From the NCBI GenBank assembly GCA_051294905.1, contig CM119371.1:40984001-41048000 (forward strand): a stretch of 64,000 nt of DNA, given 5' to 3'. Every line of letters starts with the position of its first letter. The first letter of the stretch is position 1. Shown here piece after piece: positions 49,201 to 63,593 of the stretch. A model generated the notes under the pieces. That model did not search any database. It saw nothing but the letters and a program-made list of their open reading frames with translations, and was not told the DNA's origin. This DNA is from Botryllus schlosseri (Eukaryota). The position numbers were made by a program, and so were the translations under genes.

Positions 49201-52200
49201 TTCACACTAGGTATACGTTGTGGACTCTATAAGCAAGTAACCAAAACTTGGTCCATTCTTACACAAGGTTACCTCGTCATCTTGATAATATACACTCTTG
49301 CTTACCCTGCTCTCATCTTGCTTCGTGGCATAGTTGGTTAGGTGTTAAAATTCTGAATCCAACGCTATATTACTTGTTGGTTTCGCATCCCGATAAGGTC
49401 GTGTTTTAGAGTTTTGAAAAGTGAAGCAGAATTTTCGGAAAAACCTGCAGGTGCCAGCCGGCTCTTCGAAAATAATAATGGCTTAATCTTAATGGCAATT
49501 AATTCAGTGCTTGAAAAATCATCCAGACTCGAATCATTGAGCCTAACACTAACTGTTTATGTGAATGATATGATAATGATATAATAATTTATTGAGCACA
49601 GAATATAGCAATATGTCATCTCTACACTAGGGCCCTGGCCCGTACACAAGGGTCGCATTAAAACACAAGTATAATGATATATGGTTTGTTTTTCAGCTGC
49701 GTTTTTGACGCAAACCGTTTGCCTACAAGACACCACCGTAAAATTTGAGATCTGGGACACGGCGGGCCAGGAGCGGTACCACAGTCTGGCGCCGATGTAC
49801 TACCGAGGAGCACAAGCCGCCATAGTCGTATATGACATCACAAATCCGGTAATATTTTCGAATTCGTATTACTTTCGTCTCTGTGATGGAGTCGTACAAC
49901 TGGAAAATCTTCAGCTGCTCCAAATTAGATTACAATTACGATTACCTAACTCACAAATACTTGAAAATTGAATTCAATTTCGAACTGAAAAGAAAGTTCA
50001 GTAAGTATCAAATCAGAGAAAAGGTCTGTACATTTGGTTTGGTTTGCAATATACTACAGTCATCCAGTAGCATTTTCGATGGCTAGAGGTAATGCGCGAT
50101 TGGGAACAAACATGAAGAAAGGTTTATTTAAAGTTTTTGGTCGAGGGAGATTTTTTTCAAGGCTTGCTGTACCCATGTATAATACGCACCCCCTATTTTA
50201 GGGCAAAAAATCGGTAAATTTTGCGCATTATACATGGAAAATTACTGTAATCTAATTAGGAAAATTAGGTTATTTACAAGAAAATCAAAATCGACCCAGA
50301 ATGCCATTTTTGGCAACAGTATTAGTATGCACTACGCATCTTCGAACTGAGAATTGACACCTCAATTTGATGATAGGTTTGATGCTGTATATGTGTAATG
50401 CCTGATTTTACGGTTATATCGATGTTTGTGCATGAGAAAAACCTGTTAAAAAACACACTCGAATTTGACTGTTGCATTTGTATTGTAAGAAATGCCATCT
50501 TGCTCTCTGCTAAGATTCTAGTATGGTGTGAAATGTCGCTAAATTGCAATGCTGTAGTCCTCTTATCATTCACATATTACCAGTTTCGAAGAAGGTGTAT
50601 TGTAGGCTACTTTATTACAGTAAAGCACTTGCGGCATATCAAAAAGTAGAACATGAACAGTATTGCATCAGAAACTGTCCTAAATTGCGATCTAAACTTA
50701 TACCGTAAATCAGTTGAAATTAGGCGTTTAATTTCTCTTATTAATGAATAAATTTTGTAGAACCATTGCAGAATCACTTTGAATGGGTTGTTGACATGAA
50801 CCGTTTCGCACTTCAATATAATCAATATCACAGTATGACTTTGTGGCATGTGCTGCACTCAACTACAGGCCTACACAACACACAGGGGCTATAGCTTTGA
50901 AAATATAGTTGAATAGGAGTTGTATTCCCAGGCCTGCTTCATAAATAGCCCGGAAGTTTCAGTACAGTAGCAAATTAGAAGGTATATATTGCAACGGAGA
51001 CGGAGACGTGTAATTCCGAAATTATTTCCACACTCAATCAATATATGGATTTATTAGGCACTGGGGCTTCTTACACTGCATGGATCTGGCAAATACTGGA
51101 CAGAAATAGATTGAAAGCCTTTTTAGGCTATATTATTTATAAACGATCCAAGTTGTTGAATGAATACCTAATATAAATGGATTAAAGGCCCTGTGCTCAA
51201 CCGACACATAATATGACAACTTTGCAGTATCATGGTGTGAATGCCACACAGTAAAGTATCTGTTCGGTCATAATAATGTTCGCTATTCCGATGTAGTCAT
51301 CCGTGAAGAATATATATTGCCCACAGGAGTATGGTACAGGTTAATCATTACTGGCGAGTATTACATCATCGGTCATAATGCTTCTGTGCGTTGTGGCTCA
51401 ACTGTGTGGCTTATAACTGTGATAAGCATCTTGATGATTGAAGTATATTCAAGTAACCATTCTGTGGTAGTATCTAACTAGATGCTCATTCATTAATTTC
51501 TATACATTATCAGGAAGTTTTATTGTGCTGACATGGTAAATCTGGATTGTATGCTAGTCCAAGTTTCGGTTATGGTTTCTTCTGCACATCCTGATTATCT
51601 GTACATGAATATTATAACAGCTTCTCGGATGTACAGAACTTCAATACCGTACCGTATATAATTTAGTAGTACTTTCATATTGAAATATGCCTGGATATTT
51701 TTGGGTGATGTCGTATTTGGCGATACGATTGTTGATATACAATGTTCTTTCCAATTCTCTGCTAGTTGCTGACGATTACCCCTGACGAGTGAGGGCCGCT
51801 CAAAAGCACTTCGCGGGCCGTATGTTGCCCGTCCCTGGACTAGAGCATAACTCTATCACATTTTTTAATTAAAATAGAGCACGTTTTGTATTATCATATT
51901 ATTGAAAATTATGGATCAAATTCTGCCATCGGCTATCTATATTCTTAACTCCCTACCTTTAATTTCGATATGATTACCTTTTATGCGACCACAAAGAATA
52001 GCCTATAATGGCACTTCTACATCATATTAAAGATGATTTTGTGTTTATTCGACTATACCAATTTCATTGCACTTCATAGCAACTAACGCTTTGCTTCATT
52101 TTTCCTATGCTGTGATACGACTTATTTAAGTTTAGAGCTTTCTACAGTAATATAAATTGACTCTTAGTTGGCAAGAAGCGTATCATTTTGGTGCACATTA

Positions 52201-55200
52201 GTCCTAGCTCTCACGTCGGACACTTTTATGTTATTTGAAAATGCCGCAATCTTGTGTTGTTGTGAATTAGAAAGATATTTCAACTACTATGTTACATATA
52301 AATATATACAGAGAAGAGAGAACCAATCTTTGCATTATTCTGACCAATACGATTGCAATGGAGTCTAAGTATTGATACAAAGATCATGATGGTGCCGATT
52401 TTGTGAATTATAAGCTCCAAACTACTGTAGGTAGCATAGCAGTATGATAGCAAGTAGAACTTGGTTCCATTTCAATAATGCCTCTGGGCGCAATTTTTTA
52501 AGGATGAAATCATTGGAATGCCTGGGAGACACAAGTTTTCCGAGCAGAATTGTTGGTCAAGAAACTTGTTAACTTGAGGTCATTTTGCTGTATCATGATA
52601 TGATCGTCATGATGATGACTCATGATTACTGTAACTTTAGAGTTACCTCTCAGCAACTAGGTTGTATAATAATGGCTTGCCACTAATCATGATTCAGAAA
52701 TGTGCCGACGTTAATTGATCTACAAAATATTTTGACATGTCCAAAGTCTAACTAGCAACCTTTCAGAAGTTTTCTGGCTGGTGTACATAACTTGTTGAAA
52801 AGCTTGATCTGACTTGAAATTTGTGATGTTTTTAATGTATCCCCTTGTCTATTTTATTGACTCAGTACAGCTGATTGTGACTGGAGTATTGAAGTAGTGT
52901 CAGAGATTGGAATTAGAAATAGAACTACATGGTAGAGTATAATTATAATTATAGCTACACCATGATTTTCAAATTAGATTCGAATTAGAATTAAAGCTAT
53001 ACCATGATTTCCAAATTAATTAGGATTAGAATTATAACTACCGTATGCAGTTTTTCAGATTAGATTTGCATTACAATTACTGAATTTGCAAATTCAATCG
53101 AGTTAAGTACATATCAAATAACAGCTCATTCACATAAGCATGAATATTTCAAATGTCTGTACATCGCTCTTCTGTAGCAATGCGGCTACTGGTTGGAATT
53201 GAACCAAATTTTGTGTGTAGGCTTTTTTTAGCAAGTAGCGTGTACGATTTGAGAAAAAAAGTCATTTTTGAAGACCCCTAATGAGCACCCGTCAGACAAG
53301 GACGTATCTTGAATTCTGCTGGTTATATACTCCTATATATCGTCTCTGTGAAGAGTAAATCTCGACACAATTTTACTAACATCAAAATAACGGCTTATAG
53401 TTAAGTACAAATTGCCATAATTCCAATACTACTCGACGTATAATCCCAGCAAACTTGTTCATTAAGTGCTGGGATGTATGGAGAGCTATCACATAACGAC
53501 ATATTAGTATGTTGTAGTCATGATTTGCATTTTCAGTTTATTTCAATTGATAGAACTTGCCAATCTGCGTCTATCAATGCTAAAACCACCGATAGAGAAT
53601 CCATAGAAGTCTGCGTGCATGCTTTTGAAATATCTGGATGGTGATGTCCAGAGGTATAGGCTGGCTACTTTGACATTTTCATTATAAGTAGCCTGCCCGA
53701 GTGTTTTAATGCGACCCCGTTCATACTCAACAACTGTCCTAAACTGCCGTCTTGCCTTGCAGGAAACGTTCACGAGGGCCAAAACGTGGGTGAAAGAACT
53801 GCAACGACAGGCCAGCCCCAACATCGTCATAGCTCTGGCCGGGAACAAGGCTGATCTTTCAAATAAAAGGATGGTTGAATTGGAGGTTGGTGGGCCTTGG
53901 TCAAGCGTACACCGCAATCTAGTATCTAAAATGATAGCCTGTGCCCAGAGTTGGAAGCGGGAAAATTTTCGGCTGATCCAAATTAGATTAGAATTAGAAT
54001 TATGGCTGAGTTGTTTTTTTCTTCAAACTAAATTGGAATCAGAATGGTAGCTACACAATTTTTTCCAAATTATATTAGAGCTAGAATTAGAATTATGGCC
54101 ACAGTTTTTTCCAAATTGAATTAGAATTATAGCTACACTATAATTTCACAAATGAAATCAGAATTAGAATATAGCTGCACAGTTTTGTCCAAATTTGATA
54201 AGGATTAGAATTGTTAGAACTATAATATAGCTAAACAGTTTTGTCCAAATTAGATTAGAATTAGAATTGTGGCTAAATTTTTTTTTCCAAATTCGATTAG
54301 AATTGAAATTATCGATGGCTACACAGTTTTTCCTATCAAATTAGAGTATAACTAGAGTTGTGGTTACATGGTTTTGTCCAAATTAGATTAGAATTACAAT
54401 TATAGCTACGCCTAATTTCCAAATTAGACTAAAACTACAATTATGGCTACACAGTTTTTTCCAAATTCGATTAAATTCAGTTTTGTCCAAATTAGATTAG
54501 AATTAGAATTGTGGCTAAATTTTTTTTCCAAATTCGATTAGAATTAAAATTATCGATGGCTACACAGTTTTTCCTATCAAATTAGAGTAGAACTAGAGTT
54601 GTGGCTACATAGTTTTGTCCAAATTAGATTAGAATTACAATTATAGCTACACCTATTTTCCGAAATAGACTAGAACTATAATTATGGCTACACAGTTTCC
54701 CAAATTCGATTATATTCAGTTTTGTCCAAATTAGTTTAGAATTAGAATTAGAGCTACTCATTTTTCTCCAAATTATACAAGAATTGGAATTTTGACTCGG
54801 GTCATTTTATGTATCGACTCGAGACTATGACGGCCAAGACTGACATTTCATTGTAAGAGATAGTATAGTTACCACATTATTTCGTCTATCAGTCCGGAAT
54901 GAACTGAAAACTGAACAGTTAACATAAAATTTGGACTAGAACTCGAGTCAAAACACTATGACTCGGACTCAACCAGGGTTGTAACCAAGTCACAAAGCTC
55001 CGAGTCACAAGTCATTCACACTTTTATGATTTTGACTTGAGTCAAGTCGAGTCATTTTCAATTCACCACCGAGTCAAGTCCGAGTCCGAGTCATGGTATT
55101 ATGACACGAGTCCGAGTCCAAGTCATTATGTTGACCGTTCGGTTTCCAGTTAGAGTCTTGTTAAACCCACTTTTTATCACTCTGTTTGGTGATATCGAAT

Positions 55201-58200
55201 GGTTCGCATTTATAATATACTAATTTTCCTCACTTTTAGCAGTTTCTGGTCGCATTTTCAAGTACCAGTACCAATAGACGTAATTCCAATAGGGTGGTTA
55301 CTTTACTATTCTTCAAAATTACAATGAAATGTCGGTCTTCGCCGGCTGAGTCTCGAGTCCAAGTCGAGTCAATACACAGATCGACTCAAGTCGAGTCGAG
55401 TCATTTCCGTATTTTGAGAAGTTGACTCGAGTTAATTCGAGTCATCAAAAATTGTGACTCGAGTCATTACAACCCTGGACTCAACCCTCTATTCACTTAC
55501 TTTAAACTAGACTTGACTCGGTGGTGAAGTGAGAGTGACTTGTTACTCGGAACCTTGACGAACAGACTAGGACTTTCTCACATTTTGTATTTTCGAGTCA
55601 TTTGTCCCGAAACTTATAATACTGTGTGTATTTGGGGCTGCTCCCAAGCACTGCTGCATTATGCCTTGTAAAAGATCACATAGCTATATGCGAATGTACA
55701 AATTGCCGTATGCATGACTGATTGTCATGTTACTAACCGGCACAGGATTTTGCTGATGCCGTTTGCATGTGATATTAGGATAAATTATGCTTCTGTATTC
55801 AAAACTGAAAATCCAGCGTCGCCACTTTCGGCAAACGCTCTATTATTGTGACGTGACAGTTAGTCACCGAAGAGGTATGAAAGCTGCGATGACTATCGAA
55901 CGTAGATCTACCATATGCGGACATGCATTTGATTTCCTGTGGAACAAATGATAAAGCAATGCGCATTGCCGGTTTTTACTGTGATTCTGAAATCTACCTG
56001 AAGGTTGTACGCCTGCCTGATGCAGTCTTTGGCAACCAGACAATTCTAATTGCATGATTAGAGCGAAAAAAGTCGTGAAACTATGTGAAACTATTCTCAT
56101 ATACGGTAATTTAGAAAAAACTGAAGCTATCATTCTAATCTAATTTAGAAATCATGGAGTAGCTATAATTCAAATTCTAGTCTAGAAAAAAACTGAATGT
56201 GCGATGCTATGAAAATGCTATTTATTGTAATTCTTGCCTAATTTAGAAATCATGATGTAGTTGCAAAAGATATACCGTAATTCTAATTCTATTCTAAGTT
56301 AGAAATCTCAATGTAGGTATTGAAGCTATAATTCTAATATAATTTAGAAATCGTGGTGTAGCTATAACTATAATTATATTTCTAATCTAATTTAGAAATC
56401 ACGGTGTAGCTATTTAAGTCAATTCTAATCTAATTTGGAAGTCATGGTGTAGCTATAACTATAATTATAGTTATAATTTAATTTGGAAAAAAACAAAAGC
56501 TACCGGTATAATTCTAATTTTAGTCTAATTTGGAAAAAAGTGTGTAGCTATAATTTTAATTTTAATCTAATTTGGAAAAAACTGTCTCGTTATAATTCCA
56601 ATTGTAGTCTAATTTGGCAAAACGTGTGTAACTATAATTCAGATTTTTATCTATTTTGGTAAAAAGTGTGTAGCTATAATTCTAATTTTAATCTGATTTG
56701 GAAAAAAAACTGTGTTGTTATAATTCCAATTCTAGTCTAATTTGGAAAAAAATGTGTTGTTATAATTCTAATTCTAGTCTAATTTGGCAAAAAGTGTGTA
56801 CCGGTACCGGTAACTATAATTCAAATTTTATTCTAATTTGCAAATAATGATTAGCTGTAATTCAAATCTAACTTGGAAAAATCTGTGTATCTATAATTCT
56901 AATTCTAAACCAATTTGAAAAAAAAACTGTGTAGCTATAATTCAAATTCTAATCTAATTTGAAAGAGAAAACTGTGTGCTATTATTCTAACTCTAGGCTA
57001 GTCTAATTTAAAAAAAAAAGTTGCTAACCACCCATTATGCAAGCCGTGTTTATGGTGTGTGAAGCACGATCATCACCGCGCATTGTCAGGCCTCGCCATA
57101 ATTTGTAAACATGGTTTTGCCACAGAATTATTGTGTTCCAAATAATTTTTTTAGTATGCCATGCGTAAAGGATAAAAGTTTGTGACCTTATCAAATGTCA
57201 GATTCGAAACGTTCTTCAATAGTGTACATGTGGTAGTGCAAGTTCTGACAAGTCGTAACCTCATGGCATATCGTGACTATGTGCCGCATTATGTAATGTA
57301 GTTTGAATCTGTTATGTAACTTGATATTTACAGCTGACACATTAGCCAAATTGGTCTGTAATCGTGCCAATATTTACAGCTTGTTTGCGATAATAATTTC
57401 AATTTCGGAATGGTTTTGTGAATCGTAGCCTAGGTGGTTGAGAATTGGTTGATTGTGTAGTCTCCATACTCTTCCTATGTAGCAAATTTCCTTTAAAATA
57501 TCTTTTTACGCTGTTAGGCTTCGATAATCTCATTTATTCAAAATCAATTTAGGATCTGTTATTTTGATGCTATTTTTAGAATGTTTTCTTTGCCTTGAGA
57601 ATTCTGTATGTCATTTCTCTGTGAGATGCCCTGAATTTAATTGGATCATCCCGCCCAATATCTAATGCTAATCTTGTTTGAAGTAGAGAGTTTTATACAA
57701 GAGGCGAATCGCCACCTGTCTGAACTTAGACAACAATATCTGGCGGTGATATCTTCTACTGCAGTAGGCCTACAGACTTGGACAGTTAGATAATTTTAGT
57801 TGTGTAATTATGAATGTTATCCAGTGTAGTGGTAATCGCGATAATAGGGCACATCTATCATGTGTTATGTTCCGATAAATCTCTTCATTGCTCGTATTTT
57901 GTCGCAGGAAGCACAGGCGTACGCTGAAGAGAATAGCCTGCTTTTCATGGAGACGTCAGCAAAGACAGCAATGAACGTTAACGATATATTCCTTGCCATA
58001 GGTAAGCTGCTACGGTGTGCCGGTTGGTATGCCCAGTGTGTGTCTAATCGTAATCTAACTCGACATAACTGTGTTTCTGCTAATCTCCAACCGATATGAG
58101 GTTGGTAATTCTTGATTGTGGCCGCTGGTAGAGTACTGAAACAGAGTCTCATAATCACCCATGTGCGAACTACTGGATTAATTTTGTGACTACCTAACTA

Positions 58201-59446
58201 AAACACAGCTAACTGATAGCTGGTGAAATTCCGCAACTAGAACTAGAACTATGGTACTTGAAGAACAATAATCTGTCACCGCCAGACTAGGAATATTGAT
58301 CTACATTATCCGAATGCATCCAGATGCAGAGGTATATTTCATGTCCGGGCATAACGATGGCTGTGAAGCTGTTTCACAAATATGCCTTAAACTAGATGCC
58401 GTATTTCTTTTTTATATTGACCGAATATAATATTGCTACAGTGGGCAGATCTCAAGGTTGTAACCAAGTCACAAGTCAATCTCACTTTTATAGTTTTGAC
58501 TCAAGTCAATTCGAGTCATTTTCAGTTCCCGTCAAGTCCAAGTCACAGTGTTTTGACTCGAGTCCGAGTCTAAGTCATTGTGTTCACCGTTCAGTTTTGA
58601 GTTCAATCCTGTTCAATCCACTTTTTTAACTCTTCACGAGTGATATAGAATGGCTCGCATTCATGATATCGTAATTTTCCTCAGTTTTAACAGTTTCTGG
58701 CTCCATTTTCCAAGTATCGGGACTGATGCACAGAATGCCAATAATGTGGCGACTTTACTATAGCTCAAAGTTACAATGAAATGTCGGTCTTGGCCGGTCC
58801 TAGTCTTGAGTCGTATGACTTGGTTCGAGTCATGCACAAAGTCTGTAGTACAAGTCGAGTCACCGAAAAATCGTTACTCAAGTCATGTCAACCCTGGTAG
58901 ATCTATAAAAAATAATTGAGAATTTGCCACCGTAAATACTATCTTTTCAAGTCCAAGATTTTGTACCCCACTAACGTGGAAACTTGGTTGGAATTGACCG
59001 GAATTGTGCATCGTTTTTTCAAACAACCCAACAATTTCATGGGGTAGCCAGTAAATTTGAAACAATTTCATATTCATTTTTATTAAATAAATCCAAATCT
59101 TTTTTCTTTTATAGCAATGTTTATATAGGTTGTAATTGAGCCAAAATCGGGTGCTGCGTTTTTTTTCAGGCTACCCAACCATTTTATCAAATAGCCAATA
59201 ATTGAAAAATAGTTTATTTTGATCAGGTTATCGATATTGGTTCAAAAATCCGATATTGGCCAGGCTCTAGTTGTGATAAATGTTTTTGTAACGACTTTTC
59301 ATGACGAAAGTCCTAAATCTTTGCGTTTTCCAGCCATGAAACTCCCGAAAAACGAGCAGGGCCCGAACGCCAACCGCCAACGTACCGTAGACCTCAACGA
59401 GAGAGAGCAGCGAAGCGAATCCAAGGGCTGCTGCGGAAGCAACTGA
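46220..59446 (+). CDS. RAB5: Rab5 small GTPase (215 aa)
   Basis: Exons 46220-46385, 49697-49848, 53763-53885, 57908-58001, 59334-59446 (648 nt). [67 protein letters not shown]. Confidence 0.98.
53970..54790 (+). repeat. ~40-bp minisatellite array with a ~240-bp higher-order repeat
   Basis: Monomer approximately TTCCAAATTAGATTAGAATTAGAATTATAGCTACACAGTTTT; 54236-54477 is repeated at 54478-54716. Smaller clusters at about 4440-4530, 24830-25230, 36390-36530 and 52900-53100. Confidence 0.9.
54974..55477. mobile_element. hAT MITE family A nested inside an older, oppositely oriented family A copy (about 54793-55560)
   Basis: TIRs with TSD GACTCAAC (54966-54973 / 55478-55485); both flanks are family A sequence. 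Confidence 0.88.
56100..57020 (-). repeat. Inverted array of the same ~40-bp minisatellite
   Basis: Repeats of TGTGTAGCTATAATTCTAATTCTAATCTAATTTGGAAAAAA, the reverse complement of the 53970-54790 monomer. Confidence 0.9.
58453..58896. mobile_element. hAT MITE family A
   Basis: CAAGGTTGTAACC..TCAACCCTG; TSD GCAGATCT/GTAGATCT (1 mismatch). Confidence 0.85.
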
Positions 59447-61825
59447 ACCGACTGAACATGAGACAGAAGTACACGAAAATAGATGAAAGACTCGAACATT
59501 TTCCCCCGCCCCCCATTTCTTTTTAAATATCTGTTGCATATACCACTCTACAGCGAGTAATCGATGGAAAGCCTACCGGCTTTTGTGATGACCCATGTGT
59601 GATGACATAATCTCCGATCGGAACCCGCGTGGGGCGCATTACTGTGTGATTGGTGATCATACCAGATATAATTTTGGTAGTCTAAGAATCGAGTTTTGTG
59701 GGAATGATTTAAAAAACGAACGATATTAAATCTCAACCCTCGAATGACCTGTTTAGTGGTCGATGTAGGCTGGTACTTTAACGGTTACTCTGACATTTGA
59801 GCATGCGACACAAGGTAAACGCGACAAGGGTTGTCAGTGACATAGATCGAAAGCTAAGGACCAGAAACTTTCGAGTATTGTAGTCCGGCCCTAACACCGT
59901 CTGTTCACAGCCTTTCTTGGTGAGATGATGACAAAAAAGTTGAAAAAAATGAAGGAAAAGTAGTTCTATAAAACTTCGCCCATCACAAGTAGGAACAAAT
60001 CCTAGAAATATGGACATTGTAGTTTTGTTAGACATCACCCTTCCAAATAGGGCATCATGACAACCCTACGTACGCCTGTCGAGCATATGGCTTGTAACGT
60101 AAAACTAACACCGCATTGAACCCTCACCTTAAATCTTACCCTAAATTAACCCAGATGTTCTAGTATCGCATGCTCATATGTCCACGGACTGGCTGATGTC
60201 CAGGGATGGAGTGCGTAAATGAAATATCAAAGTTAAGATTTATATCACAATTTGTGCTTGACGATTATTTTTAGTTGTGTGTTTTCCTTTTGGAACGTAA
60301 CGGCCGTTTGAATTTGATTTCTAATCTGCTTTCGCGAAGATGTGTTCATTGTCGTATGGCTCTGTACCTTCTGAATGGCGTTGAAATGTTGTTCTCTTTT
60401 GGATAGAGTTAACTGGGTAGGCTTATGTTGCTTTTTCCACCACAAGGTATCTGTTTGATTGATATGACCGCTATTTTGCGGTCTTAACAATTAATTTCGA
60501 ATGGTTTCAAATGCCTTTGTTGTATGCAAACTAATTCTCAAAGTTAGAATATGATACCGGCCCGTAAATTTGAATATCAAGTTCTGAAATCAACTCCGGT
60601 GTGTGATTATATTGCTTACGTTACGACAATATCCGATAAATTGGCCATAAGCATTCGATGCTTGGTCGATACATTTTTCCTGTACTCTTGAAGGGTCACG
60701 TCTAAAGTTAAGAGTGCAATTAGCAGAGTGACAGCTTTTCTTCGATTGTTATTTTGTTATTATCATTTTGTCGTTGATGTTATCAGAATATTGTCCATGT
60801 GAACCGCGTCAACTCGTAAAAGAGTTGAAAAACCTCATTCGTAGATTGGTTGATGTCGGATTCAGCATATTAAATATTGGAGCCTGTGTTTTGATGCAAT
60901 AATCATCAGGAAAACTGGCTGTTTTCGTGCGAAAATCAAACTACGATTACCATCCATTGCTACGAATTGCGTCGTCACTCATATATACCTAGCCGCAAGT
61001 TTGTGTCGAGATGAACGCGCGAAAGATTTAGCTTTCTGTTGATATATATTATGTTCCCGTGAACAGCTCGGTGAAATGATTTGCTCGGTCTGTTGATGGT
61101 ACCACCCCCCGTACGTGTTCTTGTATTGATTTTGTCGAATGGACGTCTCTCTGTGTATAATGAATGACCATACATTTGCAAATAAATCGTTGAATATTAT
61201 CTTGAAAGGGGGTTTGTGCTCGGGATTTGAGGGCGAGGAGAAATAGATGTGTAAATTGGGATGTATCACACATCCGTGCGTATGGTTTCTGGAATGATAA
61301 ATCCGGCGTTATGTTAGCAATATCCGTAGGAGTATAACGGTGGACACTGCCATTATATGATGTATCGGAACGTATTGAAGTATGGGTCGCGACCCAAACA
61401 TGGGTCGATAAGGGTGTAAACTTGGGTCGCGAACGACCAAAGCGCTTGCTAAATTTCTTACAACAAAATCTCTTCGCGCGATATCCTGCGTTTGGTTTGA
61501 GCATATGCAACGTCACTGTGTTGAGTAGGCCTACTATGGCAAGAAAAACGGAGAAAAGTTACTACAATGGCGTGATAATGAAAATGTGGCGACCGTTGTA
61601 TTACACAAATTGGTTTCATTTCATGATAAGGTTTGTCTGGATATGTCTAACTCATGCGGGCAATACTCTGGCAGGGTAGATGGAAGGAAAAGGCGCGGCC
61701 GTAACTGCCACGTCCGATATTTTTAATACGCACAATCTACAGAACTGAATCAAGTTTATTCGCAATTGTGAAAGAGCAGAATATTCCTAGTATTGCTTAA
61801 CGCCGCCGGAGACCGTTAGGCTGTC

Positions 61826-63593
61826 TTAGTCTAGGAGTGTGCAGCGGTATTTCGTGACCGCGCCAGGACACTTGAAGAGTGAAGACATAAACTTTTGGCC
61901 TACGTGTGTCTGCGGCCAAAATGCGGTGATAAAAACGCAGGATAAACGCGATAAAACCATGGTCCAAACTAACCGTTGCCGGTTGGCCAAAACCTCCAAT
62001 ATTGATATGACCTGTCTCCGAAATGGTCGGCACCGAATACTCCCGTCTTTGCAATCGGAGCTCTGCAATGTTGCCCCAAGAGGAAAATAATGAACCCCGC
62101 GATTTCAAATCGCGTGCGTCAAAAATGTTTCATAGAACTGCATTGTGCACATCTGGCTGTCTGCGCATTCTCTGTTTGATACACGCGTCGTAAACACGTG
62201 GCATATACTGACATATATAGTCGATGCGTGAAGCTTGGGTCGCGAGATGAAAAATATCCCAGATTTGGGTCACGGTCTAAAAAGTTTAAGAACTTCTGTG
62301 ATAGATGGTAGAATAAGTGTAGTTGTGAGCAGAAAATTGTCAGCTTTTTAAATTAGATTCGAATTACAATTAACTGAATTCGCCAACACTCTAATTATAT
62401 TGCGAATCAGAAATAAACACAGTTCCGTTCATACCAAATCAGAATTGAATCTCATGCTAATGGCAAACGCTGTATAGGCTAATGACTCGCAACCCCGAAT
62501 CTGACTCTAGTCGCGATTTTCTTTGTGACTCGACTCGACCCAATCTGTGTATTGTCTCGACTTGTACTCGAGTCATTGCACATGACTCGGACCAAGTCGT
62601 ATGACTGGAGACGAGGGTGGTGAAGACCGACATTTCATTGTAATTTTTAATAAAATAGTTACCGCACTGTTGGTATTTTGTCTATATTTGGCTGGTGCTT
62701 GAAAATGCGACCAGAAACTGTTAAAAGTGAGGGCAGTTAGTATATTATGAATCTGTTATGAATGCGAAGCACCAAGTACAGTTGTGAAAAGAGTATATGG
62801 TTTAACAAGACTTTAATTCCAGACCGAACAGTCAACACGATGATTCTTAATAAACTGAACTGACTTGGACTCGCACTCGAGTCTCAACACTATGCCTCGA
62901 CCCTCTGCTCGCCGACTTGGATTCGGTGGTGAATTGAAAATGACTCGAGTCAAAACTATAAAGTGAGATTGACTCGTAACCTTGTGACTTGGTTGCAACC
63001 CTGTAAATGCCGGTACAACAAGCTTGGTTTGTTTCGCACTGTACCGACGCGGTAGCATTTTCAGAAGAACCAGAAATTGTATTAAAATTAGAACATTTAA
63101 ACTTGTTTTTAGCAGTAAACCTACAATACTTCAATATTGCAACAAAGATTAGGTTGATTATTGCCAAATTTAATCCACTCGATGTTTTCCTATATTGATT
63201 ATGATTATCATCCGGAGGGAACGTCAGTAAATATACGCGTAACAAAATTTAATATAGACTACCTTTTCAGTTACTTTTCGATGGACAAATATGAGCTTTC
63301 TGGTAACTTTATCAGTTTACCTGCTGTAGAAATTTGTTTTTTGGACCCGTCATCATTCATTGCAAAGGCCATGTGTAAATCTAACGCGGTGGAGAAGATG
63401 ATGACGTGATGTGGTGCATTGAATTGGTGTGACAACATGGATATAAATATTTTGCCTTTTGGTAATTTAATGTAGATTTCACGGACTTCTTACGAATGGC
63501 GACGATAGCGAAAACTGGAAATTCATCATTGCCGCCGGACAATGATGAGGATGTGTAATCTGTTTTCAATAAATTGAAAGTGTCCTCCGACAT
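61826..63593 (-). CDS. Candidate small spliced gene or 3' exons of an unknown gene (tentative)
   Basis: Phase-compatible GT-AG chain 63593-63494, 63380-63321, 62062-61974, 61909-61826 (333 nt, 110 aa). The last intron is 64 nt, like other short introns here. No recognisable domain. Confidence 0.3.
62478..63003. mobile_element. hAT MITE family A (degenerate left end)
   Basis: GACTCGAGTC subrepeats and right end TTGCAACCCTG; colinear with 1329-1918. Confidence 0.8.

Noticed and set aside
53970..57020. CRISPR-like array
   Set aside because: Degenerate head-to-tail monomers with no unique spacers, no cas genes, and a eukaryotic intronic context.
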